Source of the DNA: Alphaproteobacteria bacterium
GTDB lineage: Bacteria; Pseudomonadota; Alphaproteobacteria; Bin65
Length of the DNA stretch: 64,000 bases
NCBI GenBank assembly: GCA_965220685.1
Contig: CBDCQR010000004.1
Span: 14,542-78,541 of the forward strand
Direction: 5' to 3'
The notes beneath the pieces were generated by a model that saw only the letters and a program-made list of their open reading frames with translations, had not been told where the DNA came from and did no database searches. How positions within the stretch are numbered: position 1 is the stretch's first letter; every line of letters starts with the position of its first letter. Both the position numbers and the translations under genes were made by a program. Positions 28,121 through 37,249 of this stretch are shown here, in pieces.

Positions 28121-29116
28121 ATGCTTCAGACCGCGCCAGCGCATGCAAAACGGCATCACCGCGGCCTGATCGGCGACCAGCCCGCGCCGCCGTCGCTGGA
28201 CATCGTCCGCGTCAAGAAGACCAAGCGCGACCAGATGATCCATCCGGGCTGGCTGGTCGCGCCGGCAAGCCTCTGGCTGATCGTCTTTCTCGTCGTCCCG
28301 CTGATCGGCATCGTGGTGTTCAGCTTCTGGACGCCGGTCAGGGGCGGCATGACGCCGGACTTCACGCTCATCAATTTCGGCAACTTCTTCCGGCAGGAAG
28401 GATTCTTCGACCCCGAACACCGCAATTTCCTGAAGCTCAGCATTTTCATCACGACCCTGTGGACGACCTTCCGCTTCACCGTCACCGTGATGGTCGTCTG
28501 CCTGATCATCGGCTACCCGATCGCTTTTTTCCTGGCGATGCAGGTGAAGAATTTCAAATGGCAGCTGGCGCTGTTCCTGGTCGCGATGGTGCCGTTCTGG
28601 ACCAGTTACCTGATCCGCGCGGTGGCCTGGCTGCCGATGCTCGGCCGGCGCGGCCTGTTCAACAAAATGCTGATGAATCTGGGCATCATCGACAAGCCGA
28701 GTTCCTTCTTCCTGTATTCCGAGTTCGGCTACACGATGGCGCTGGCGCAGCTCTATGTCGTGCTGTGCATCGGGCCGATCTTCTTTTCGCTCGCCAAGAT
28801 CGACAGGGACATCCTGGAAGCGGCCCGGGACATGGGCGCGAGCAGCTACCAGGTCTTCCGCGAGATCATCCTGCCGCTGTCCCTGCCCGGCGTCGCCATC
28901 GGCCTGATCTTCCTGTTCGTCATGCTGATGGGCGAGTTCGCGACCGCCGTCGTCGTCTACGGCGGCAAGACATCGACCACCGGCACGGTGATCCTGAACT
29001 ATTACGGAACCGCCAATTATCCGTTCGCGGCCGTGAACGCGATCATGCTGATGATCGCGATGATGATCGGCGTGTTCTTCATCCTGCGCGTCGTCGACAT
29101 CCGCAAGGAGCTGTAG
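28121..29116 (+). CDS. ABC transporter permease, PotB-like
   Basis: PFWTSYLIRAVAW, EAARDMGAS (EAA loop), ILPLSLPG. Confidence 0.88.
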   Translation: MLQTAPAHAKRHHRGLIGDQPAPPSLDIVRVKKTKRDQMIHPGWLVAPASLWLIVFLVVPLIGIVVFSFWTPVRGGMTPDFTLINFGNFFRQEGFFDPEHRNFLKLSIFITTLWTTFRFTVTVMVVCLIIGYPIAFFLAMQVKNFKWQLALFLVAMVPFWTSYLIRAVAWLPMLGRRGLFNKMLMNLGIIDKPSSFFLYSEFGYTMALAQLYVVLCIGPIFFSLAKIDRDILEAARDMGASSYQVFREIILPLSLPGVAIGLIFLFVMLMGEFATAVVVYGGKTSTTGTVILNYYGTANYPFAAVNAIMLMIAMMIGVFFILRVVDIRKEL

Positions 29117-29119
29117 GCG

Positions 29120-29947
29120 ATGGCGCGCTGGACCAGGCGGAGGACGAAGGCGCTGGCCGTGAAGACCGGCTTCAGCGTCTATTACGTCCTGTTCATCGTC
29201 TTCATTTTCGGGCCGATGATCGCGATGTTCGCCCTGTCCTTCCAGGGCCGGCGCGGCGGCACCAGCTTTCCCATGCGCGGTTTCAGCACCTACTGGTGGG
29301 AGAAGCTGCTGGAGCCGTCCTCGATCGGCGACCTGCAGGGCGCGCTCGCGCGGTCGATTATCCTGGCGCTCGTCGTGATGGTCATCACGGCGCTGTTCTC
29401 GACCATGCTGGCGATGGCGTTCCGGCGCAAGTTCCGGGGCGCCAACCTGCTGTTCTACACGATCATGCTGGGCCTGATGGTGCCGGGCGTGCTGCTCAGC
29501 CTGGGCCTCGCCACCCTGTTGCAGCAGATCGGCATTCCGCCGGCCTGGTGGTCGTCGGGCCTGGGCGTCCATGTCGTCTGGACCCTGCCCTTCGGTTTCC
29601 TGGTGATGATGGCGGTCTTCAACCGGTTCGACAGCAGCCTGGAGGAGGCCGCCCGGGATATGGGCGCCGGCGAATGGACGGTGTTCCGCGAAATTACCCT
29701 GCCGCTCATCCTGCCCGGCATCGTCGCCGCCGGCCTGTTCGGCTTTACCCTGTCCTACGACGAGTTCGCCCGCACGACCCTGCTGTCGGGCGAGTACAAC
29801 ACCCTGCCGCTCGACATCAACGCCTCGATGACCCAGCGCATCCGGCCGACCCTGTTCGCGCTCGGCACCGCCTCCACCATCTTTTCCTTCTGCCTGATCG
29901 GCCTGTTCATCCTGGTCTACACCATCCTCTACCGGCGGGCGCGGTAA
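29120..29947 (+). CDS. ABC transporter permease, PotC-like
   Basis: EEAARDMGA, ITLPLILPG, TLSYDEF. Confidence 0.88.
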   Translation: MARWTRRRTKALAVKTGFSVYYVLFIVFIFGPMIAMFALSFQGRRGGTSFPMRGFSTYWWEKLLEPSSIGDLQGALARSIILALVVMVITALFSTMLAMAFRRKFRGANLLFYTIMLGLMVPGVLLSLGLATLLQQIGIPPAWWSSGLGVHVVWTLPFGFLVMMAVFNRFDSSLEEAARDMGAGEWTVFREITLPLILPGIVAAGLFGFTLSYDEFARTTLLSGEYNTLPLDINASMTQRIRPTLFALGTASTIFSFCLIGLFILVYTILYRRAR

Positions 29948-29983
29948 GCCGGACATGCCGGGCCGGAACGATTGCCGGCGCCG

Positions 29984-31129
29984 CTACAGCGACCGCCCGA
30001 TGATGTATTTCATGATTTCGTTGGTGCCGGCGTAGATCCGGTGCACGCGGGCGTCCGCCCAGGCCCGGGCGATCGGCGTCTCCCACATGTAGCCGTGCCC
30101 GCCATGGAGTTGCAGGCATTCGTCGAGCACCCGGTCGGCAAGCTCCGTGGACGCGAGTTTCGCCATCGCAGCAAGTTCTGCGCTCAGTTCGTCGTCAGCC
30201 AGCAACCGGATCAACCGGTCGACGAAGGGGCGCAAGGACGTGCAGGCTGTCGCCAGTTCGGCGAGCTTGAACTGGGTATTCTGAAAATCGAAGACCCGCT
30301 GGCCGAAGGCGGTTCGATCCTTGGTGTAGGCGACGGTCTGTTCGAGCGCGACCTCGGCGATCGCCATGGACCGGACGGCGGTGACCATCCGTTCGCGGGC
30401 CAGGCCGTGCATCAGCTGGCTCCAGCCCTGCTCCGAATCGCCGAGCAGCGCCGATCCCGGCAACCGGACGTCGTCGAAGAAGAGTTCGGCGGTGTCCTGC
30501 GCCTTGTTGCCGATCTTCTTCAGATTCCGGCCGCGGGTGACGCCGTCCGAATCGAGCGGCACGAGGAACAGGGATATCCCCTTTGCCCCGCGGTCCGGAT
30601 GGCGGTTCGCCGCCAGGAGAATGTAATCGGCGATGTGGCCGTTGGTAATGAAGATCTTGGAGCCGTTCACGAGAACGCCGTTGCCGGACGCCGTTGCCCG
30701 GGTCCGCAGCGCGGCGAGGTCGCTGCCCCCGCCGGGCTCGGTCAGGCCGATGCAGAAGATCGATTCGCCGGCCGCCATCGCCGGCAGGATTCGACGCTTC
30801 TGCTCCCCGGTGCCGTGGGCGGCGATCATCGGCGCGATGATGTGCCCGTGCATGTCCCAGGCCGGCGCCGCGAGGCCGTATCGGCCCAGCTCCTCTATGA
30901 CGATGGCATCCCAGAGGAAATCGCCGCCGGCGCCGCCGTATTCCTCGGGGATGCCGGTGCCGAGCAGGCCCATCTCGCCAGCCCGCAGCCAGATATCCCG
31001 CGGCGTGTATCCCGCATCCTCCCAGTCGGCGTAGTGCGGGACGACCTCGGCCTCCAGAAACGACTGCACGGAGGCGCGGAACAACTCGTGGTCCGGCGAA
31101 AAGAGCGTGCGGGGCAGATCGGCAGGCAT
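29984..31129 (-). CDS. Acyl-CoA dehydrogenase (long-chain type)
   Basis: LTEPGGGSDL, NGSKIFITNG, FQNTQFKLAE, QLHGGHGYM, IYAGTNEIMK. Confidence 0.9.
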   Translation of the reverse strand: MPADLPRTLFSPDHELFRASVQSFLEAEVVPHYADWEDAGYTPRDIWLRAGEMGLLGTGIPEEYGGAGGDFLWDAIVIEELGRYGLAAPAWDMHGHIIAPMIAAHGTGEQKRRILPAMAAGESIFCIGLTEPGGGSDLAALRTRATASGNGVLVNGSKIFITNGHIADYILLAANRHPDRGAKGISLFLVPLDSDGVTRGRNLKKIGNKAQDTAELFFDDVRLPGSALLGDSEQGWSQLMHGLARERMVTAVRSMAIAEVALEQTVAYTKDRTAFGQRVFDFQNTQFKLAELATACTSLRPFVDRLIRLLADDELSAELAAMAKLASTELADRVLDECLQLHGGHGYMWETPIARAWADARVHRIYAGTNEIMKYIIGRSL

Positions 31130-31194
31130 GGTCAGGGTTCGTGCCTCTTAACGGCGAACGATCGGCCCGCGGGTGGTCCTTGCGACCCCGCTTC

Positions 31195-32286
31195 CTACGG
31201 ATTCTGCTCCAGCAGCACGCCGGCGTCGGCGGGCCAGCAGATCGTCTCGCGTTCGCCGGGATCGTACATGCGGTCGTTGACGCCGCGGTGCTGCTCGACC
31301 GAGACGTAGACCTCCGGCGCGATCTCGAACACGTCGGTCTCCAGCGATCCCCGGAACTCGGTCGTGGCGTAAGTGCCCTCGACCCGGTTCGCCATGTCGG
31401 GATGCTCTCCGGTGTGCATCAGGTCGGCGCGCACCGAGAAATGCGCCTCGCGGTCGACATGGACGGCCGCGATATAGTCCGGTACCCGGACATAGAACAT
31501 CCTGCCATGGGCCTCGACGAGCACGATCGAGCCGGAGCGCGAGCGCACAATGCCCCGGATCAGGTTGTTGTTGCCGATGAAGGAGGCGACGAAGCTGGTG
31601 CGCGGCGCTTCGTAGATTTCCCGTGACGTGCCGGTCTGCTGGATCAGCGCGTCGCTCATCACGATTACCTTGTCGGCCATCGACATGGCCTCTTCCTGGG
31701 AATGGGTCACCATGATGAAAGTGATGCCGGTGTCGCGCTGGATCTTCTTCAGCTCGATGATCATCGACTGGCGCAGATTGTAGTCCAGCGCGCCGAGCGG
31801 CTCGTCGAGCAGCAGGACCGTCGGCTCGCTGATCAGCGCCCGGGCCAGCGCGACGCGCTGCTGCTGGCCGCCGGAGAGATCGTGGGGCCTGCGGTCGGCG
31901 AGCGGCCCGAGGCCAACCATTTCCACCATGTCCCGGGTCCGGCGCGCCCGCTCCTCCCTGGGCACGCCCTGCATCTTCAGGCTGAACTCGACATTCTGAA
32001 GCACGTTTCGGTGCGGGAACAGCGCGAAACTCTGGAACATCATCGACGTGTTGCGCTGGGACGGCGGCAGGTCGGTCACGTCCTTGCCGGCGAGCCAGAT
32101 CTTGCCGCTGGTCACCTCCTCGAGGCCGCCGATCATGCGCAGGGTCGTCGTCTTGCCGCAGCCGCTCGGTCCCAGCATCGCGACGAACTCGCCGTGCCGG
32201 ATTTCACAGTTGAAATCGATCACCGCGCGCACGTTGCCCGGAAAGGTCTTGTTCACCCCCTCCAGGACGACGTCGAAATCGGTCAT
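31195..32286 (-). CDS. ABC transporter ATP-binding protein, PotA-like
   Basis: GPSGCGKTT, LSGGQQQRVALARAL, LLLDEPLGALD. Confidence 0.92.
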   Translation of the reverse strand: MTDFDVVLEGVNKTFPGNVRAVIDFNCEIRHGEFVAMLGPSGCGKTTTLRMIGGLEEVTSGKIWLAGKDVTDLPPSQRNTSMMFQSFALFPHRNVLQNVEFSLKMQGVPREERARRTRDMVEMVGLGPLADRRPHDLSGGQQQRVALARALISEPTVLLLDEPLGALDYNLRQSMIIELKKIQRDTGITFIMVTHSQEEAMSMADKVIVMSDALIQQTGTSREIYEAPRTSFVASFIGNNNLIRGIVRSRSGSIVLVEAHGRMFYVRVPDYIAAVHVDREAHFSVRADLMHTGEHPDMANRVEGTYATTEFRGSLETDVFEIAPEVYVSVEQHRGVNDRMYDPGERETICWPADAGVLLEQNP

Positions 32287-32341
32287 CGGCGGTACCGCCG
32301 GCGCATCGGCAACGGTTCCTCCGGCCCGGCGGGCGCTTCGG

Positions 32342-34900
32342 TCAGTCGGTCCTTTCCGTCAGCGCGCTCAGCAGCGACCAGATCGTCTCGAACGGCACGT
32401 CGGCGAAATCGCCCTCGGCCGCGACCTGTTTGAGAAGGCCGACGGCGCGCTGCTGCGCCGGATCGTTGCCGGCCGCTTCTTCCAGCTTGCCGACCGCCTC
32501 GCCGAGCGGCGCCTGCCGGGCCGCCTCAGTGCCCAGTTCGCGCTCGACCAGAACCTTGAGCTGGCCGTGGGTCTGGAGCAGCAGGCCGCTGTCCGCAGGC
32601 CGGCCGAACAGGCCGCGCAGCCCGTTGGCGTTGAAGCGGTCGCGCAGGCCGTCCGGCATCGAGTGGGCCAGCCCCTCCATCGCCTCGCCCAGGCCGAAGC
32701 CGGAGTTGAACAGGCCGCGAATCGTGTCCATCGTGCCGTCGTTGCTGCCGCCATACATGCGGATATGCGCGCCTTCCAGGGCGTTGCCCATGGCCTTGGC
32801 CTGGTCGATATGGACGTCGCGCTCGGCCTCGATGAAGAGCTTCGAAAGCTCCAGGAACATTGCGGCCTCGTTGTATTTCTTGAGCGCGTCGGCCTTGGCC
32901 TCCATGCCGGCGGCCTCGGCCTTCAGCTTTTCCTCGGTCCGCTGCACGCGCAGCGCCTCGATCTCCATCTCGGCCCGGCCCCGGGCGCCGGCCTCGCGCT
33001 CAACGCCCTCGGCGGTGATTTTCTGCGCCTCGCTATTGGCATTGGCCTTTGTCAGCGTGGCCGCGGCCTCGCGCTCCGCCGACTGCTGGCGCGCCTCGGA
33101 CTGGGTGACCATGTGCATGCTGGCGATCTGCGCCTTCGCTTCTTCGGCGATCCGCTCGGCCGCGGCCTGCTTCTCGGCCTCGATGCGCCGGATTTCCTTC
33201 TCCGTCTCGGCGTCGGCGAGATGGCCGGCGGCCTCGGCGGCGTGGGTTGCCCGGATGCGGTCCGCGGTGGTGGCCAGCCGGTCGGCCTCGGCGGCCTCCA
33301 GTTCCCGCGTCTTCTCCTCCAGCGCGATCTCGCGGTCGCGCTCCTCGATCTCACGCGCCAGGAAACGCCGGATGTCGACGGTCTCGCGCTCCTGTTCCTT
33401 GCCGATCAGCGCGATTTCCCGCTCCCGCTCCTCCAGTTCGACGGCCAGCTGGCGTTTGATCTCGGCGGCTTCCTTCTTGGTCCCCTCGTCAATGATCGCC
33501 GCGTCCTTCTCGATCCGAGCGGCCTCGTAGGCCCGCTCCTTTTCGATCTCCTCCTGCTGTACGGTCCAGCGCTGTTCGATGATGAAGCGCTGGGATTCGC
33601 TCATCGTCCGCGCCTTCTCGTTGGAGACCTCCTGCTCCTGGTTGGCGGAGGCGAATTCCTCCTCCTTGTCCAATTCCAGCAGGTTCAACCGGGTCGCCAG
33701 GCTCAGCCGGCGGGTTTCCAGCGCCGCCTGTTCGGCGGCCTTGTGGCGCTCGATCCGGGCCGACTCCTCTTCGGCGGCGACCGCGGTCGCCTGGGCGATG
33801 TCGGCCTTCTGGCGCTCGACCTCTTTCTGGATCAGGCCGATCTGCTTGTCCTTCTCCGCCTTCTCGCGCGCCAGTGAGCGGTCGATTTCGGCCAGTTCCT
33901 CTTCCTTGGCCTTGGCGATAATGGCGATTTCCTTGTCGCGGCGCTCCTGCTCCAGTTTCAGGGCCTTCTGGATTTCGGACGCCTCGCGCTTCTGGGCCTC
34001 TTCCGTGATCGCCAGTTCGCGGTCGGTGCGCATCTTTTCGAGCTCGACCTCGTTGCCAATCTCCTGCTCTTCGACGGCCTTGCGCTGGTTGAGGATGAAG
34101 ACCTGCTTCTCGCGCATCTGCAGGGCTTCCTCGTTGGAGATCGCCTTGTCCTGATTGGCGCGCGCGGTCGCTTCCTGGCGCTCGATCTCGAGCAGTTCGA
34201 GCTGGGTGTCCAGATCCTTCTGGCGGATCGCGACCGTGGTGCGTTTTTCGGTGTCGTGGACCTTGCGCCGGGCGTCGCTGGTGATCTCAGTGATGATTTT
34301 CAGGCCCTCGGCGTCGAACACGTTGTCGGTCTTGAAATGCTCCTTGCCGGTCTGTTCCAGGGTGACGACGGTGACCTCTTCCAGGGTCAGGCCGTTGGCG
34401 TTGAAGCTTTCGGTCACGTTGGCCTTGATCGCCTCGGCCATCGCTTCGCGGTTCTCGTGCAGTTCCTTGAGCGACTTGGTGGCGGCATAGCTGCGCAGGG
34501 CACCGACCACCTTGGCTTCGAGCAGGCTGCGCACCTTCTCCGGATCGAAGGTCTTCTCGCCCAGGCTGCGCCCCGCGGTCAGCAGTTCCTGCTCGGTCCG
34601 GCCGACATGGGTGTAGAGTTCCGCCCCGACATCGACGCGGACATTGTCATGGGTCAGAATCGCCTGGTCGCGCGAGCGGCTGACGATCAGCTTGATCGTC
34701 TCGAGCGAGACCCAGGTCACCTCATGGAAGACGGGCAGGACGATCGCACCGCGGCCCAGGCACACCTTGGTGCCGAGGAAGCCGGTGCGGATGAAACCCA
34801 TGTTCGACGGCGCGCGCTTATACACCCAGATCGACAGGATGTAGATGATCGCGATGACGATGATCGCCAGCACGATGCCGACGATGATGTTCTCAACCAT
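32342..34900 (-). CDS. Flotillin-like SPFH protein with very long coiled coil, 852 aa
   Basis: N-terminal TM helix, SPFH domain (RTGFLG..V...GAIVLPVFH, T.DNVRVDV), NVFDAEGL, then about 500 aa of E/K/R/A-rich helix. Confidence 0.88.
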   Translation of the reverse strand: MVENIIVGIVLAIIVIAIIYILSIWVYKRAPSNMGFIRTGFLGTKVCLGRGAIVLPVFHEVTWVSLETIKLIVSRSRDQAILTHDNVRVDVGAELYTHVGRTEQELLTAGRSLGEKTFDPEKVRSLLEAKVVGALRSYAATKSLKELHENREAMAEAIKANVTESFNANGLTLEEVTVVTLEQTGKEHFKTDNVFDAEGLKIITEITSDARRKVHDTEKRTTVAIRQKDLDTQLELLEIERQEATARANQDKAISNEEALQMREKQVFILNQRKAVEEQEIGNEVELEKMRTDRELAITEEAQKREASEIQKALKLEQERRDKEIAIIAKAKEEELAEIDRSLAREKAEKDKQIGLIQKEVERQKADIAQATAVAAEEESARIERHKAAEQAALETRRLSLATRLNLLELDKEEEFASANQEQEVSNEKARTMSESQRFIIEQRWTVQQEEIEKERAYEAARIEKDAAIIDEGTKKEAAEIKRQLAVELEEREREIALIGKEQERETVDIRRFLAREIEERDREIALEEKTRELEAAEADRLATTADRIRATHAAEAAGHLADAETEKEIRRIEAEKQAAAERIAEEAKAQIASMHMVTQSEARQQSAEREAAATLTKANANSEAQKITAEGVEREAGARGRAEMEIEALRVQRTEEKLKAEAAGMEAKADALKKYNEAAMFLELSKLFIEAERDVHIDQAKAMGNALEGAHIRMYGGSNDGTMDTIRGLFNSGFGLGEAMEGLAHSMPDGLRDRFNANGLRGLFGRPADSGLLLQTHGQLKVLVERELGTEAARQAPLGEAVGKLEEAAGNDPAQQRAVGLLKQVAAEGDFADVPFETIWSLLSALTERTD

Positions 34901-35002
34901 GCTTCCGCCCCTCCGTGTCGGGCATTCTCGTACGGCGGCACCTGGCCGGCCGCCGCCCCGTTTCCGGCCTGCGATGGCCGTTCATTCGTCCGCCGCCCGA
35001 AA

Positions 35003-37249
35003 TCACCGCGCGCTCCCGCCGCCGGACCGGCCGCCGGATCTGCCGAGCGTCTCGCGCAGTTCCTGAGTCGCCTTCCTGTCGATCGTACAGGCCGCCGGGC
35101 TGCCGGCGACGACGACACCATAGCGATCCCGGGCCCCGGCCGTCGAGACCAGGCCGCGCCGGACATCTTTCTGGACCTGTTCGGGGCTGCGGTCCAGCGG
35201 ATTGCCCCATCCGCCGCCGCCCGCGGTCCGGAAGATCAGTCGGTCCCCGGGCGCCACCCCCACACCGCCGGCCTTCGAGCCCGGCTGTTCGCGCGATCCG
35301 TCGGTTCGCACCACGATCTTCTCGGAACACGCCCCGGCCTCGCCGCCGTTGCGGCCCCAGGGTTGCGATTGCTCCCGTTCGTCGCGCCAGCTCAACGTGC
35401 CGGCCGTCCGGAACCTGTAGACTTTCTCGACACCACAGCCGCCGCGATGCGCACCGGCGCCGCCGCTGTCGGCAATTGCCGTTACGCTCTCGACTGTGAC
35501 GGAGAAGTCCGATTCCAGCTGTTCGGCCGGCCGGCTCCTGGCGCCGGCGGAGAGCGACCGACCGTCCCCGCCGTCGCGCCCGGAGCGCGCCGGCGCGCCG
35601 CCGAACAGGCGGTCGGTCAGGGAAACCGCCCGGCCGCCGTCGTCCTCGCCGGTGAATACGAGCTGCGGGCTGGACCCGTAGCCGGCCGCGGCGCCCGCGG
35701 CGCCGGCGAACTGGCCGAGCACGCCGTTCAACACATCGTAGACCCGCGCCAGGGTCTGGGCGCCGTTGCCCAGCGGCGCCGGAAAACGCGGGTGCAAAAG
35801 GCTGCCCGGGGGAAGCGTGATGCGCAGCGGCGCCAGCACCCCGTCGTTGACCGCAATTTCCGGATCGAAGGTCCGGATCAGCAGACCGGCGGCGATATGG
35901 GCGAAGACTGTATCGTCAAGCAGCAGGTTGACCGGTCCTTCGGCCTGGGCTGCCGTGCCCGTCCAGTCGAAAAACGCCTGTTCGCCCTCGCGCCATACCG
36001 CCAGCTTGAGTGTGAACGGTCCGTTGCCGCAGCCGTCGCTGTCGATCCTGTCCTCGAAGGATTTCGGCTCTTCGGGGAGATGCTCGGCAACGATCCGGCG
36101 CAGGGCCCGCCCGGTGCGCTCCAGCGCCGCGGCGCAGGCCTGCCGGTAACTCTCGGTCCCGAAGCGGACGCACAGGTCGGCGATTCCCCGTTCGCCGGCC
36201 TGCGCCGCTTCGACCAGCGCGCGGAGGTCGCCGTGGGCCGCCCCGGATTCGGGAATGTTGTTCAGCATGAGGTCCAGCGCCGCGCTGCCGGCCTGGCCAT
36301 TGTCGAAAATGCGGATCGGCGGAATCCGCAGCCCTTCGCCGTAGACCGAGCGCGCGCCGTTCGGGGCGCTTCCCGGGGCCGCGCCGGCGCTGCCGGCCAT
36401 CGGCTCCGTCGCGGCGCTGAAACCGACCGGATCGCCGCCGGTCTCCGCGGCGAATACCGGAACGATCGCCGTCCACGTCCCGGCCTGAACGCCGGCGTAG
36501 GGATCGCCGACCAGGAAAACGTCGCCCGGGCGGAGATCGCGCGACCGGTTGCGGGCCAGGCCGGCGACGGCCGGCACCGGACGGCCGATCAATGTGGCGC
36601 CGCGGGCGTCGGTCAGCGTCGCCGTTTCGGCGGCCTTCTGCCGCACCGGTTCGGCGATCGCAGCCTGCGCCAGAACGTTGCCCGCTTCCTTGCGGATCTG
36701 ACGCCAGGCCGCCTCGATCCGGTCGAGGGCGAGCGCATCCAGTGCGCCGCTCGGGGCCGGAGCGGCGCGCTGCCCCGTAGTCGCTGGGGCCGCAGGAGCG
36801 CGCGGCGGGGCAGGATCCGTCGTGGCCGCCGACGGTTGCGCGCCGTGGGCCAGCGCATCGGCCGCCCTTGCGAGGGCCGACCGGCGCGCCGACTCCAGCG
36901 CCGCCTCGCGGTCCTGGTCTGCCGGCGCATCGCCGAATTCGAGGGCGGAGCGGCCGTCCACCGTCAGCCGGTAGAGCGCCGAAAGCGTGTTGCCGGTCAC
37001 TTGTGTTTCGACCAGCTCGGCGGACCAGTCCGCGCCGAACCGCCGGCTCAGCACGGCATCGATGTCCGAAGCCGCCTCGGCGTGCGGTTCGGCCGCCGGC
37101 TCTTCCGGAGCCGCAGCGCGCTGTCCTCGGTTGCGCAGTCCGGCGGCGTCCGCCTGGCGCAGCCGGTCGGCAAAAGTCCGGTCGAATTGCTCGCGGGTCG
37201 ATTCCAGCATCGCGTCGAGCGACGGAGTCGAGGAACGGGGCGGCGTCAT
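35003..37249 (-). CDS. Degenerate hydantoinase B/oxoprolinase-like protein with N-terminal extra domain
   Basis: ATG at 37249 overlaps the upstream stop (ATGA); HyuB fold motifs EGLRIPP, DSDG, TAGGGGWGNPLDR; metal-ligand motifs are missing. Confidence 0.8.
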   Translation of the reverse strand: MTPPRSSTPSLDAMLESTREQFDRTFADRLRQADAAGLRNRGQRAAAPEEPAAEPHAEAASDIDAVLSRRFGADWSAELVETQVTGNTLSALYRLTVDGRSALEFGDAPADQDREAALESARRSALARAADALAHGAQPSAATTDPAPPRAPAAPATTGQRAAPAPSGALDALALDRIEAAWRQIRKEAGNVLAQAAIAEPVRQKAAETATLTDARGATLIGRPVPAVAGLARNRSRDLRPGDVFLVGDPYAGVQAGTWTAIVPVFAAETGGDPVGFSAATEPMAGSAGAAPGSAPNGARSVYGEGLRIPPIRIFDNGQAGSAALDLMLNNIPESGAAHGDLRALVEAAQAGERGIADLCVRFGTESYRQACAAALERTGRALRRIVAEHLPEEPKSFEDRIDSDGCGNGPFTLKLAVWREGEQAFFDWTGTAAQAEGPVNLLLDDTVFAHIAAGLLIRTFDPEIAVNDGVLAPLRITLPPGSLLHPRFPAPLGNGAQTLARVYDVLNGVLGQFAGAAGAAAGYGSSPQLVFTGEDDGGRAVSLTDRLFGGAPARSGRDGGDGRSLSAGARSRPAEQLESDFSVTVESVTAIADSGGAGAHRGGCGVEKVYRFRTAGTLSWRDEREQSQPWGRNGGEAGACSEKIVVRTDGSREQPGSKAGGVGVAPGDRLIFRTAGGGGWGNPLDRSPEQVQKDVRRGLVSTAGARDRYGVVVAGSPAACTIDRKATQELRETLGRSGGRSGGGSAR

